64,000 bases of DNA from Bdellovibrionales bacterium RIFOXYD12_FULL_39_22. GTDB lineage: Bacteria > Bdellovibrionota > Bacteriovoracia > Bacteriovoracales > Bacteriovoracaceae. The translations under genes and the position numbers were made by a program. The notes beneath the pieces are model-generated. The model was not told the origin of the DNA, ran no database searches, and was given only the letters and a program-made list of their open reading frames with translations. Location of the stretch: contig MEQL01000049.1 in NCBI GenBank assembly GCA_001770205.1, forward strand, positions 1 through 64,000, in the 5' to 3' direction. Shown piece by piece: positions 17,730-27,044 of the stretch. How positions within the stretch are numbered: position 1 is the stretch's first letter; every line of letters starts with the position of its first letter.

Positions 17730-19136
17730 TCAGGTCTGCGACATATCAACATTATTTTCTGGGGTTTTATCGAGAAAAGAGAGATCCAAATCATATTCAG
17801 AGGCATCCTTGTTAATTTGCGATGACAAGCGTTCCAAATCATTCTCTTTTTCTTCAACAAAGTCGACAAGATCACTCTGCTGGCCCTCTAATTGGTTGGC
17901 CAGTTCACGCTCCATTTTTTGCTCGGCAATCAGTTTAGAAAAAGCACTGTCTAAGGCCGTAGTAATTTCTTCACGAGAAACAGATTCAAATAAATTTGTC
18001 GCCACTTCCATCTGGCCTTCATTGGCGGCCATTACCGGAGAGGCTTTTTCAATTTTCTCTCCGGTTTCCAAATCAATCATGGCAAAATCTTCATCTTCCA
18101 TTTCATCAAGAAGCGGGGCATTTAATAACGCTGACTGCAGGTCTGAAACAATTTTAGGATCGGCCATGGAAACAAGTAGATTAGAGAGAATAGATTGTTT
18201 ATTCTCGGCCTGAATATCATCAAGCGTCAGATACTCTTCCAAAAGATCAAAGGCCGATTTAACTACCTGCCCCTTATCATCCATGCGTTTTTTATCTTCT
18301 TGCTTAAGTGATTTAGTAAAAGGCGTTTCGCTAGAGATAGATTTAATGCTATTGCTCAAACTATCTAATTCATCAATCTCATCATAAAAGAAAGTAGTGG
18401 CCGGCTTGTCAGAAATAACTTTTTGAATATCACTCATCTGTCCAATACCACTATCTATCATTGCTTCTAATTCATGTTCTGGTGGAAGATGAGAAATATC
18501 AGCGAGGTTGAAGACTTCTAAAAACTCTGGCGTAGTTCCATATACCACCGGCCTACCTAAATCATCAGACTTTCCAACGATCTTTATTAGGCGCTTTTCC
18601 ATTAAAGCACGTACGATGTGCGAACTATCTACGCCTCGGATGGCATCCACTTCATTACGGGCAATGGGCTGCTTATAAGCGACAATTGCCAACACCTCTA
18701 ATGCCGTAGGAGTTAAAACTAGAGAGTTAACTTTAAATAAATCTTGAACATATTTAGAATAGGTGGCCTTAGTTCTAAATTGATATCCATCCGCTACTTC
18801 CACCAAACGAATTCCATGAGGCGTTGTCTCATAGCCATTTTGCAAACGTAAAATGGCATCATGCAAAACACGTAGTGGTATAGCGTTATCAATCAATCCT
18901 TTAATTTTTGCTAACGATACTGGCCGATCGCTCATGAAAATTATTGTTTCAATAGCACCACATAGCGAGTCATCATTGAGGCCGGTGCGTTCACGCCACA
19001 GTTGGTCATCTTCTGCCGCTGGCAGCGCAGCAACGACTTCTTCAAGTGTTGGTTGTATTTCGCTTTCTAAATTATCCAAGTTTTCCAAATTTTCAACAAT
19101 GGCCAATTCTTCCAAGCTAGGTGTGTCAAATTCCAT
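17730..19136 (-). CDS. scpB: SMC-Scp complex subunit ScpB with long acidic C-terminal extension
   Basis: ALEVLAIVAYKQP, IRGVDS, GRPVVYGTTPEFL. Confidence 0.92.
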   Translation of the reverse strand: MEFDTPSLEELAIVENLENLDNLESEIQPTLEEVVAALPAAEDDQLWRERTGLNDDSLCGAIETIIFMSDRPVSLAKIKGLIDNAIPLRVLHDAILRLQNGYETTPHGIRLVEVADGYQFRTKATYSKYVQDLFKVNSLVLTPTALEVLAIVAYKQPIARNEVDAIRGVDSSHIVRALMEKRLIKIVGKSDDLGRPVVYGTTPEFLEVFNLADISHLPPEHELEAMIDSGIGQMSDIQKVISDKPATTFFYDEIDELDSLSNSIKSISSETPFTKSLKQEDKKRMDDKGQVVKSAFDLLEEYLTLDDIQAENKQSILSNLLVSMADPKIVSDLQSALLNAPLLDEMEDEDFAMIDLETGEKIEKASPVMAANEGQMEVATNLFESVSREEITTALDSAFSKLIAEQKMERELANQLEGQQSDLVDFVEEKENDLERLSSQINKDASEYDLDLSFLDKTPENNVDMSQT

Positions 19137-19147
19137 TAACCCATCTC

Positions 19148-20050
19148 CTATTGTAATAACTCTGGGCGCTCTAATTCCTCGCCCTGTACGGTGGATGTTG
19201 CTGGTAACGCTTCGGCTTCTAAAATTTGATCTGTTTGATCTGTTTGATCCATTTTTTCTGCCACCTCTTCCTCGCCAAAGCCGTTGGCCAGGTCAACATC
19301 AAAATTTTCCAATGAATCAAGAACATTTATATAGATTGCCTTGTTATCTTCATTTTGGAACAAGGATAGTTTTTTCAAGCGCGCTAATTCCAGCACGGAG
19401 ATGAAGGAAATTATAATATTGGTAAGATCATCTTGCTGCGTAGAACTAGATCCAAGGATATTGTTAAACTCAACAGTATCACCTTTTTTCAGCATAGCTT
19501 TAAGCTGGATTAATTTTTCCTTGATGGAGATTCGATCACGTTTAACCACCGTATACTTGCGGCGATTTTTACGCAAAAAATCGCTCATAGACATAACTAA
19601 TTTTTCCAAATCTATTGGGGTAAGAATGGAATTTATTATGGATTTTCGATCAACTTTAGGTTTCACAAAAATTTCATGGCCTAAACGAGGTAGCTTCCAT
19701 AAATTTTCGGAAATTTTTTGGAATTTCTTCAGCTCTTCGAGACGACGAATAAGCTCGGCCCGCGAGGTAATGCCGGAATCACCCAAAGCATCTTCCAACA
19801 TCTTTAATTGCTCTTCTCCTAAGCTACTTTTTGATTTAAGCAAAATAAGTGTGGCGGCCAAATAGAGATAATCGCCGGCCACGTTGAAGTTTAATTCTCG
19901 CATTTGATTGATGTAATTTAAATACTGACGGGTAATAACCGTTAGATCCAAATTATTAATACTCATCTCTTCTTTTTGAATGAGCATCAACAATAAGCTG
20001 AGCGGGCCATCAAAATTATCAGTTTTTACATTTATGCTGGTGTCTAACAT
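19148..20050 (-). CDS. scpA: Segregation/condensation protein A (kleisin)
   Basis: FDGPLSLLLMLI, AATLILLKS, FISVLEL. Confidence 0.93.
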   Translation of the reverse strand: MLDTSINVKTDNFDGPLSLLLMLIQKEEMSINNLDLTVITRQYLNYINQMRELNFNVAGDYLYLAATLILLKSKSSLGEEQLKMLEDALGDSGITSRAELIRRLEELKKFQKISENLWKLPRLGHEIFVKPKVDRKSIINSILTPIDLEKLVMSMSDFLRKNRRKYTVVKRDRISIKEKLIQLKAMLKKGDTVEFNNILGSSSTQQDDLTNIIISFISVLELARLKKLSLFQNEDNKAIYINVLDSLENFDVDLANGFGEEEVAEKMDQTDQTDQILEAEALPATSTVQGEELERPELLQ

Positions 20051-20075
20051 TGCACTTCCTGTCGTTTGTTTGGCG

Positions 20076-20756
20076 CTAGCTTAAAAAATTCATAAAAATT
20101 CCAACCATTCCATATGCCATCATAATTGCCGGCCGAAGTACATATCCCAAGGCCCCGGTATACATCAAAAAGATGAAAAAAATTAAACTGTAATTTGCTA
20201 AACTCTCATATTTGCGCATGGAGTTATAATCTAGGAAGGAGGAGACCATTTTTGAACCATCCAGTGGTGGCCAGGGAATTAGATTAAAAACTGCTAAAAC
20301 AATATTGACGATTACCGACTGATTTAAAATATCTTTGAAGGGAGTAAATAGGTAAAAATCCGGGGCAAAGTGAGTTAAAAGAATAGATAAAAGCAAAGCG
20401 GAAATGGCCGCCAAAATGATATTTGCCAAGGGGCCAGCGAAACTCACCCAAAAAATGGCCTGGCGAATTTTTTTAAAATTTCTGGCATCAACAGGAACTG
20501 GTTTTGCCCAGCCAAACATCGCCCCACCAAAAAGTGCCCCAATTAGAGGAAAAATAACCGTTCCAACAACATCCAAATGAACCGCCGGATTAAGCGATAA
20601 ACGCCCATAATATTTGGCGGTATTATCTCCAAATTTGGAGGCCATATAGGCATGGGCCGCTTCATGAACAACAATGGCCAGTAAAAAACCGGGAATTTGA
20701 ATGCTAAGCCTAAAAATTAGATCAGAAAGTGAAAAATCCATATTAATGTCATACAT
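20076..20756 (-). CDS. Site-2 protease family (M50) membrane metalloprotease
   Basis: HEAAH, GWAKPVP, AGPLAN, FNLIPWPPLDG. Confidence 0.93.
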   Translation of the reverse strand: MYDINMDFSLSDLIFRLSIQIPGFLLAIVVHEAAHAYMASKFGDNTAKYYGRLSLNPAVHLDVVGTVIFPLIGALFGGAMFGWAKPVPVDARNFKKIRQAIFWVSFAGPLANIILAAISALLLSILLTHFAPDFYLFTPFKDILNQSVIVNIVLAVFNLIPWPPLDGSKMVSSFLDYNSMRKYESLANYSLIFFIFLMYTGALGYVLRPAIMMAYGMVGIFMNFLS

Positions 20757-20891
20757 ATCAAATCAACTTCTAGCTTGCAATTTATAATCTAATTTGACCT
20801 CGATCTTGGACAACTTTTTTACTCCTTTTGAGTAAACAGGATAAGTTTTTCTCCGGTATAAAAACTTCTATAGATCGGTTAAAATATCAAG

Positions 20892-21350
20892 GTGCAAGAA
20901 AATGTAAAAAAAAGAAAGTTGCGTAAGGTGCAAGTGGTAGTGATGGCCATCGAAGATCCCCATAAAAAAGAGATCTTTTTATTGTTGCTAAAAACAAACC
21001 CGGCCCGAGGAGGGTTTTGGCAAAATGTTACCGGCTCAGTAGAAGAAGATGAATCGATTCTTGCCGGGGCGGTGCGTGAATTAGCTGAGGAGACGGCCAT
21101 TTTCTGTAAAATTTCAGAAATCATTGATCTGGATTATAGTTTTTCTTTCCGCTCTCAATATGGGGAAGATGTTGAGGAATCTGTTTTTCTAGCAATTATT
21201 TCAAAGAGGCAGTCAATAGAAATTGATCCTAGTGAACATGAGGCCTTTGTTTGGAAAAATGCCGAGGAGGTCGTGCCGGCCAATTTTAAATTCACCTCCA
21301 ATTATTCCGCCTTTTTAAAGGCAATTAATTTCATGCGAGGAAGGATGTGA
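20892..21350 (+). CDS. NUDIX hydrolase (NudB-like)
   Basis: FWQNVTGSVEEDESILAGAVRELAEET Nudix box; EHEAFVW. Confidence 0.88.
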   Translation: MQENVKKRKLRKVQVVVMAIEDPHKKEIFLLLLKTNPARGGFWQNVTGSVEEDESILAGAVRELAEETAIFCKISEIIDLDYSFSFRSQYGEDVEESVFLAIISKRQSIEIDPSEHEAFVWKNAEEVVPANFKFTSNYSAFLKAINFMRGRM

Positions 21351-22546
21351 AGTTTTTAATTATCTTCACCGCACTTCTTTGGTTTAGTGGGCCAACCTTA
21401 ACCTGGGTGTACGCATTAGAAAATAATTTAGAAGATATTACTGAAGAAGAGATTTTGCTGGAGGATATAGAAGCAATGCCTTCAATATATGAAGATGATG
21501 GCCGCCCAACAGATCCCAACGCCAATTACCGTTTTGGTGAAGATTTGAGTGAGCTTGAAAATGGTGATACAGACGATGAGCTTTTGGATAATCAATATCA
21601 GGAGGCACAAAATATTTTTGGCCAAATAGAACAGTTAGATTATGTAAGTGCTTATGGAAAGCAAAAAAAGGGTAAAACAGATTTTATTCTTCGCACGCAG
21701 GCCCAAAGAGTTACAACCACAGACCCCTTTTGGGCAATAATTCCCAAGGGGAAAATAATATATGCACTGGATGAAGAGGGAAATGCTAGCAAGCAATCTA
21801 AACATCTTATCACTGCACGGGATATTAACGCAAAAGTGCAAGTAAAATCTAGCGATGTGGCCGCCGCCTATATTTTTGACAAGCACAATGCCACGAAATA
21901 TTTGATCAATTTATCGGATATTATCCCTATTCAGAAAGATCTAGATCTACTTCCTCGTCCAACGAACTTAGTATCCTATGCTCCCCCTCAGCAAGACTCC
22001 TCAATCGATTATGATTTGAAATTATTTGCGGCAATTAATTTTGGGGTTGAGACAATTTCACCTTATTACATCGGCGAAATTTTCAACGATAGCAACGTTG
22101 ACTCGTGTTATGGGAATAAATTAGACTTGAAAACTTTTTTGCGCTGGAGTGTACCAGTTGAATTTGGAATAAACTTGAATTTTCAGCGCAGTTACATGAA
22201 TTTGCAACTTGAAAACTATCCAACCATCGTCTGGCAGAGTGTCTTCTTGGGGCCAGCGCTGCGCTTCCCTCTTTATCTGGGAGAGAAATTTATTTGGCGT
22301 GGAGAAATTAGTTATCAACATGCCCTCAGTTATGGCCTTACAGATTATCGTTATCAATACACCTTTAGCGGCAATGCTTTGCAGTTTGATCTGGAAATCT
22401 CCTATCACCGCTACATTCTCGGGGCCAGTTATCGTTTATCAACGCTCTCTTTACGACAAACACTTCCCAATGAAATACCTTCCGACCGCAACACGATCGG
22501 AGAGCTTGGCCTTTTTATCGGATACGGTTTAGATTTTAAAATATGA
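21347..22546 (+). CDS. Secreted protein with acidic N-terminus and probable outer-membrane beta-barrel
   Basis: Signal peptide; alternating beta-strand pattern; C-terminal LFIGYGLDFKI. Confidence 0.7.
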   Translation: MKFLIIFTALLWFSGPTLTWVYALENNLEDITEEEILLEDIEAMPSIYEDDGRPTDPNANYRFGEDLSELENGDTDDELLDNQYQEAQNIFGQIEQLDYVSAYGKQKKGKTDFILRTQAQRVTTTDPFWAIIPKGKIIYALDEEGNASKQSKHLITARDINAKVQVKSSDVAAAYIFDKHNATKYLINLSDIIPIQKDLDLLPRPTNLVSYAPPQQDSSIDYDLKLFAAINFGVETISPYYIGEIFNDSNVDSCYGNKLDLKTFLRWSVPVEFGINLNFQRSYMNLQLENYPTIVWQSVFLGPALRFPLYLGEKFIWRGEISYQHALSYGLTDYRYQYTFSGNALQFDLEISYHRYILGASYRLSTLSLRQTLPNEIPSDRNTIGELGLFIGYGLDFKI

Positions 22547-23604
22547 AATTATCTATATTGACATTTTTGGCATTATTTACACTTCTGTTTTTTTTATCCT
22601 TGGCCGCCTGGGGGCAAGATGGATTGCGTGCCCAGGTCATTGTGTTGCAAACGCCAATGTTCAAGGGGCCAGATATAAACTCTAAAATTCTACACTATCT
22701 GCGCAAGGGAGAGATCATTAAGCTTCACGACAAGCACAAAGGCGTGGGCCCTGCGGATGTTGATTATGGAATAATAAATCCTGATGATCATCCACTTTTT
22801 TATTCATTTATCTCTTCGACAGGCAATGATGTCTATGTCTTGCGTGAGCATGTAAAGGTTATTTTCAATGATTTTCGTGAAATGGATTATCCCATTACTC
22901 CTTACCAAGGCCATGATCCAACAGATTATCGCATGCTGGAACCACTTCCTCCAGGATATCCGATAGCGGATCCACGGGCCAATCGAATTTTATATCTATT
23001 GGGGGCCGGCCCGGGTGATAAAAACCGCTATCCCTACAAAGGATATTTGACCCACGAAGATTACCTAACTACCTGGCGAGGACAGATTGCTTACACCCAA
23101 ACAGTCGATCTTATTGATTCCAGTCGAATGATGTTTGGCGGAATAGTTAGCTGCAATTACAAAAGAGGTGATTTTTCTTTTGCTCAAAACCAGAAGGCCT
23201 ATGAACGAAGCTTAGGATTGGGAATCGGGCCGTATGTTTCTTATGATGGATTTCGCAACGAAAACTATGCCATCATTTTTGCTGGCAGCATTGGTGTTAA
23301 TGGTGAACTAAATTCTATTTCCTTATTGGAAGACGCCAAAAATGTTCCCGTGATCCGACAATTTTGGGGGTATTATTTTAACTCCCAAGTTAGTGCTGCG
23401 TTTGTAAAAAAACTAAACTCCATAGCATCGGGGTTTGACTTTGTTGTTAAGGGAGAATTGGGATTAGAAAGTGCACACACTTTGTTGCCTCTCGACAAAC
23501 TGACTACTAGTGATGAAATATGGAATAATGGCACAGACGGAATTAACTCTCCGTTTGCTGGTAATCTATCCCTGTATGTTGGATTTCAATATACCAGATA
23601 CTAG
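22543..23604 (+). CDS. Probable SH3-like domain plus outer-membrane beta-barrel protein
   Basis: Signal peptide; GPDINSKILHYLRKGE; C-terminal YVGFQYTRY. Confidence 0.7.
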   Translation: MKLSILTFLALFTLLFFLSLAAWGQDGLRAQVIVLQTPMFKGPDINSKILHYLRKGEIIKLHDKHKGVGPADVDYGIINPDDHPLFYSFISSTGNDVYVLREHVKVIFNDFREMDYPITPYQGHDPTDYRMLEPLPPGYPIADPRANRILYLLGAGPGDKNRYPYKGYLTHEDYLTTWRGQIAYTQTVDLIDSSRMMFGGIVSCNYKRGDFSFAQNQKAYERSLGLGIGPYVSYDGFRNENYAIIFAGSIGVNGELNSISLLEDAKNVPVIRQFWGYYFNSQVSAAFVKKLNSIASGFDFVVKGELGLESAHTLLPLDKLTTSDEIWNNGTDGINSPFAGNLSLYVGFQYTRY

Positions 23605-23610
23605 ATACTG

Positions 23611-23645
23611 CTTTTTCAGTACTTTTTCAGTACTTTTTCAATACT
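23611..23645. repeat. 11-bp tandem repeat x3 (CTTTTTCARTA)
   Basis: ctttttcagta ctttttcagta ctttttcaata, overlapping the stop codon at 23638-23640. Confidence 0.8.
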
Positions 23646-25743
23646 TCCTCACGCAACGAACATATCGTGATGTCATCGGGTTATATGTTGCACCACCCTT
23701 TGCAATTGCGGCATCTGAGGCAAAAAGATTATTAACCGAAACCAGCTTGGCGTTACTAGCATCTATTTCTGTCGACGACATGTAGTATTGCGATAAAGTA
23801 AATGTTGATGCTATCGAAGAAACTGCTTTTATGGCCAATAGCTCGTTTACCGCAGGAAGATACCAGTCACTAAATCCATCCAGTACTAGGTTTTGACAAA
23901 CAGAATGGGCCGGATGCGTTTGGCCATCGCCGTTTAATGCGGCCACATTTAGTGAGCCATCATTGGCGTTGGTGGCCCCGGCCAAAATTCCTGTTCCACC
24001 ATAATTCGATCCTGTGGATTGATTAACCATCGCAACCACTTTTCCTGCAGCGTATTTATATCCACCACTACACTCCACGCCCACTGCAGAACCGGCCGTA
24101 CAAACGGCCTTTACTGTAAATTCTGAAGTAGAGGCAACATCTAACCCGGATCCTTCTGTATCGTCTAAACTAAGTATTACCTGGCCGGCCGCGGTTCCAA
24201 TCAAAGTAAGTGATCCCTCTCCATTGACGATATTAACCAGACCACCACCAGTAGCAGGGCCAGAAATAACAAGAGTTACATCTCCCTGATAGCTTGTAAC
24301 AGTTGCTCCAAATCTATCTACGGCCTTTACTGTCGCGGTAACATTCCCGCCTGAATAAATTGATGCTGAAATTGGAACAATAGAAAACCTACTAACTGGC
24401 AAGCCGACCACTGTTGGATTATAAGAACATCGGAAACCAAGATTGCTCGCCCAGGCAGCGGCCGAAAGAGAAAGATCCAAGGTGTAAATTCCGGTCTCAT
24501 TAAGCAACGAGAAATGACCTCCTCTGATTGCACTAATCCCGGTGGTAGTTCCGGGGATATAAGCACCAATACCATCTGCCATTGTAAGTCCTACATCCTC
24601 ACTCATAAACGTCTTGGCCGGCATCGCAGTTGATGGTGTTTGTGCATTTAATTCTAACCAAACCGCTCCCGAATTGACCCGTGTTGGTGCCCAGTTTACC
24701 CACTCTCTTGCATTTCCGGCCAAGTCCCAAATAACTTCGCCATTACTTAGTAAGTGGGTTCTTTTTTGTTCATCCCAATTCGTTGTACAAAGCTGTTCAG
24801 TATTAGCACATCCTTGGCCATCTTCATCTGCGGCCAATAATGCCGCAGGGGAATTATCCGAATGGCCTCGATTAATATTTCCACTGCTCCAATTATTGGC
24901 CACGCCCTCAATACTTCTCGCGATTGCCATCCATTCGTTATTGGTTATCAAATGATAGTTTGCCCCCAAGGCACTACAGTAAGAAACCGCCATGGTTTTA
25001 CTAACGTTTACCCATGGTAATCCGGCAGCTTCTGCGATTGCAACAGATCCCACATTTTTCATCTCATATTTGGCGACACAAAAATTATCGGTCTGATCAA
25101 CGGCCGCATCAGCAACAACCTCTATATAACCTTCTTCGCATACTGGTGGATCTATCAGATCAACGGATGTAGTAGCAAAACCAATTATCACTCCATCCAC
25201 ATCTGTCGCAGAAATCTCTACATTGTATACTTGTCCAGAAACTAATCCTTCTACAAAGGCAGAATATGCGCCACTTCCGGCGGCCATGCTGGCCGAGTTT
25301 CCAAGAAGAGGATTACAACCAGCGCTGGCCGTTTCACTACAATAGTTCACATAGACGGATGCATTTTCATTTTCATCACCACTAAAAGAAATAACCACAT
25401 CAAATGAACTTTGTCCTATGTTGGAGACCTCTATTGTTGAAACCGTTATGGCATTAATTGGAGTAGGTGTCGGCGTTGCCGTAGGTTCCGGAGTTGCCAT
25501 AGGTGTCGGCGTTGCCGTGGGCTCCGGGGTTGCCGTAGCGGAAGCAACGGCCGCGGCCGTCGGTTCTAACGTTGCAATCGGCTCAGCTATCGGCGTTGGA
25601 TCTGGCAAAACTTCTTCCGATGATTCAACTTTTCTTGCTTTCGAATACGTAGTCGTCTCTGTGACACAGCCATAATCAAGTAGGACAATGGACATTAAAA
25701 ACAAAAGAGCGACAGATTTATTGCCAATGCTAGAAATGTTCAT
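23638..25743 (-). CDS. Modular lipoprotein: PT/AT linker, FN3-like, FGE-sulfatase-like, Ig-like and DUF1566-like domains
   Basis: Lipobox-like DYGC; FCVAKYE, DLAGNAREW, GFRC; DWYLPAVNEL, YMSSTE, YVRCVR. Confidence 0.85.
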   Translation of the reverse strand: MNISSIGNKSVALLFLMSIVLLDYGCVTETTTYSKARKVESSEEVLPDPTPIAEPIATLEPTAAAVASATATPEPTATPTPMATPEPTATPTPTPINAITVSTIEVSNIGQSSFDVVISFSGDENENASVYVNYCSETASAGCNPLLGNSASMAAGSGAYSAFVEGLVSGQVYNVEISATDVDGVIIGFATTSVDLIDPPVCEEGYIEVVADAAVDQTDNFCVAKYEMKNVGSVAIAEAAGLPWVNVSKTMAVSYCSALGANYHLITNNEWMAIARSIEGVANNWSSGNINRGHSDNSPAALLAADEDGQGCANTEQLCTTNWDEQKRTHLLSNGEVIWDLAGNAREWVNWAPTRVNSGAVWLELNAQTPSTAMPAKTFMSEDVGLTMADGIGAYIPGTTTGISAIRGGHFSLLNETGIYTLDLSLSAAAWASNLGFRCSYNPTVVGLPVSRFSIVPISASIYSGGNVTATVKAVDRFGATVTSYQGDVTLVISGPATGGGLVNIVNGEGSLTLIGTAAGQVILSLDDTEGSGLDVASTSEFTVKAVCTAGSAVGVECSGGYKYAAGKVVAMVNQSTGSNYGGTGILAGATNANDGSLNVAALNGDGQTHPAHSVCQNLVLDGFSDWYLPAVNELLAIKAVSSIASTFTLSQYYMSSTEIDASNAKLVSVNNLFASDAAIAKGGATYNPMTSRYVRCVRKY

Positions 25744-26068
25744 AAACGTACCTCCATATTTCTAGTTTCAGTATCAGGATTTTTTTATCCAGTTACTTAA
25801 CCAGATTTTACTTCTATTCAACTTCAAATTAAAGCGAAGAAGTTTATATAATAAAATCAACCCCTTGTCGGTGAATTATCTGATTTTTAAATTTTCCATT
25901 TCATCAATTGTGCCCACCTGGGGAGGCACCACAATTTGGGGAATATAATAAATCATGTAGTTGAGTAATTTATTACTAAATTAAGCTTTTTCCCCACTAT
26001 TCCCCTGCTGGCCGATCCCGTTGTGACAAACTACAATATTTTCAGACATAAACAGTGGAGTTCATTGC

Positions 26069-26773
26069 ATGGCAATTTCAAAAATCGTTGCTATTGGTGG
26101 AGGGGATATTAAAAACGGTACCACCTATCCAATCGACAAATTCATCATGTCACTAGCTGACAAAAAAAATCCTAAGGCATTATTTGTTCCCACTGCCAGT
26201 GAAGATGCTCCGCTCTACTGGCAAGCATTCAATGATATGTATGGAAAAAAATTAAAGTGCCGAACCGACGCCCTTTTTCTAATCAATACCAATCAGACAT
26301 CCAAAGATATTGGTGATAAAATTTTGAATGCAGACATAATTTATGTGGGTGGAGGCAACACCTACATGATGCTTAAAATTTGGAAAGAACAAAATGTAGA
26401 TAAATATCTCAAAATGGCATACCAAAAAGGAGTCGTTTTGGCCGGCCTCAGTGCCGGTGCCATGTGTTGGTTTGAGTATGGGCTTTCCGACGCCCCACAG
26501 TTTAATGATACCGAATCTGAAGAGCTGGTAAAATTAAAGGGGCTCGGATTGGTTAAAGGCATTAATTGTCCTCACGCCTATGATGAAAGTTTTCGTTGTG
26601 GGCCTTTTGAAAAATTAATTATGAAAGAGAAAAAACTGGCCGGCGTTGCTATTGACGACCTAGCTGCATTGGCCATTGTCGGGAACAAAACCAGCGTAAT
26701 TCGTGCGCGAGCCAACCGACATGTTTATAAAATTACCGCCGGAAAAAACGGCTGCCTCCGCGAACGTCTCTAG
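26069..26773 (+). CDS. pepE: Peptidase E (S51 family)
   Basis: FVPTAS, IYVGGGNT, GLSAGA, CPH. Confidence 0.88.
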   Translation: MAISKIVAIGGGDIKNGTTYPIDKFIMSLADKKNPKALFVPTASEDAPLYWQAFNDMYGKKLKCRTDALFLINTNQTSKDIGDKILNADIIYVGGGNTYMMLKIWKEQNVDKYLKMAYQKGVVLAGLSAGAMCWFEYGLSDAPQFNDTESEELVKLKGLGLVKGINCPHAYDESFRCGPFEKLIMKEKKLAGVAIDDLAALAIVGNKTSVIRARANRHVYKITAGKNGCLRERL

Positions 26774-27044
26774 CTATCACCGTTTTCAAAACTATTTTTT
26801 AAAGCAGGATTCCAGAAACTGTGATTCCAGAAAAAACAGCCAAGTATTTGTGTCACAAAAAAGAAAAAACAGAGTTCATACTCAACAATCAAGTAACTTA
26901 ATTAAATTATATTATTTGTACATTCTTTGAAATTATTTGATTTTAAAGCAAGTTAACAATATGGTCCGTTGACAATAATTATGTCAAATTTATCTTGTTT
27001 GAAACACCGGTCAGTATAGAATAAATCCAAACAAGGTGGTTCGT

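Noticed and set aside
19225..19250. 9-bp repeat in scpA tail (DQT x3)
   Set aside because: Trivial low-complexity linker
25906..25936. GC-rich hairpin AATTGTGCC...GGCACCACAATT as riboswitch
   Set aside because: Single hairpin with no recognisable aptamer motif
23638..26068. Complete DGR
   Set aside because: No RT, Avd or template repeat seen in the window
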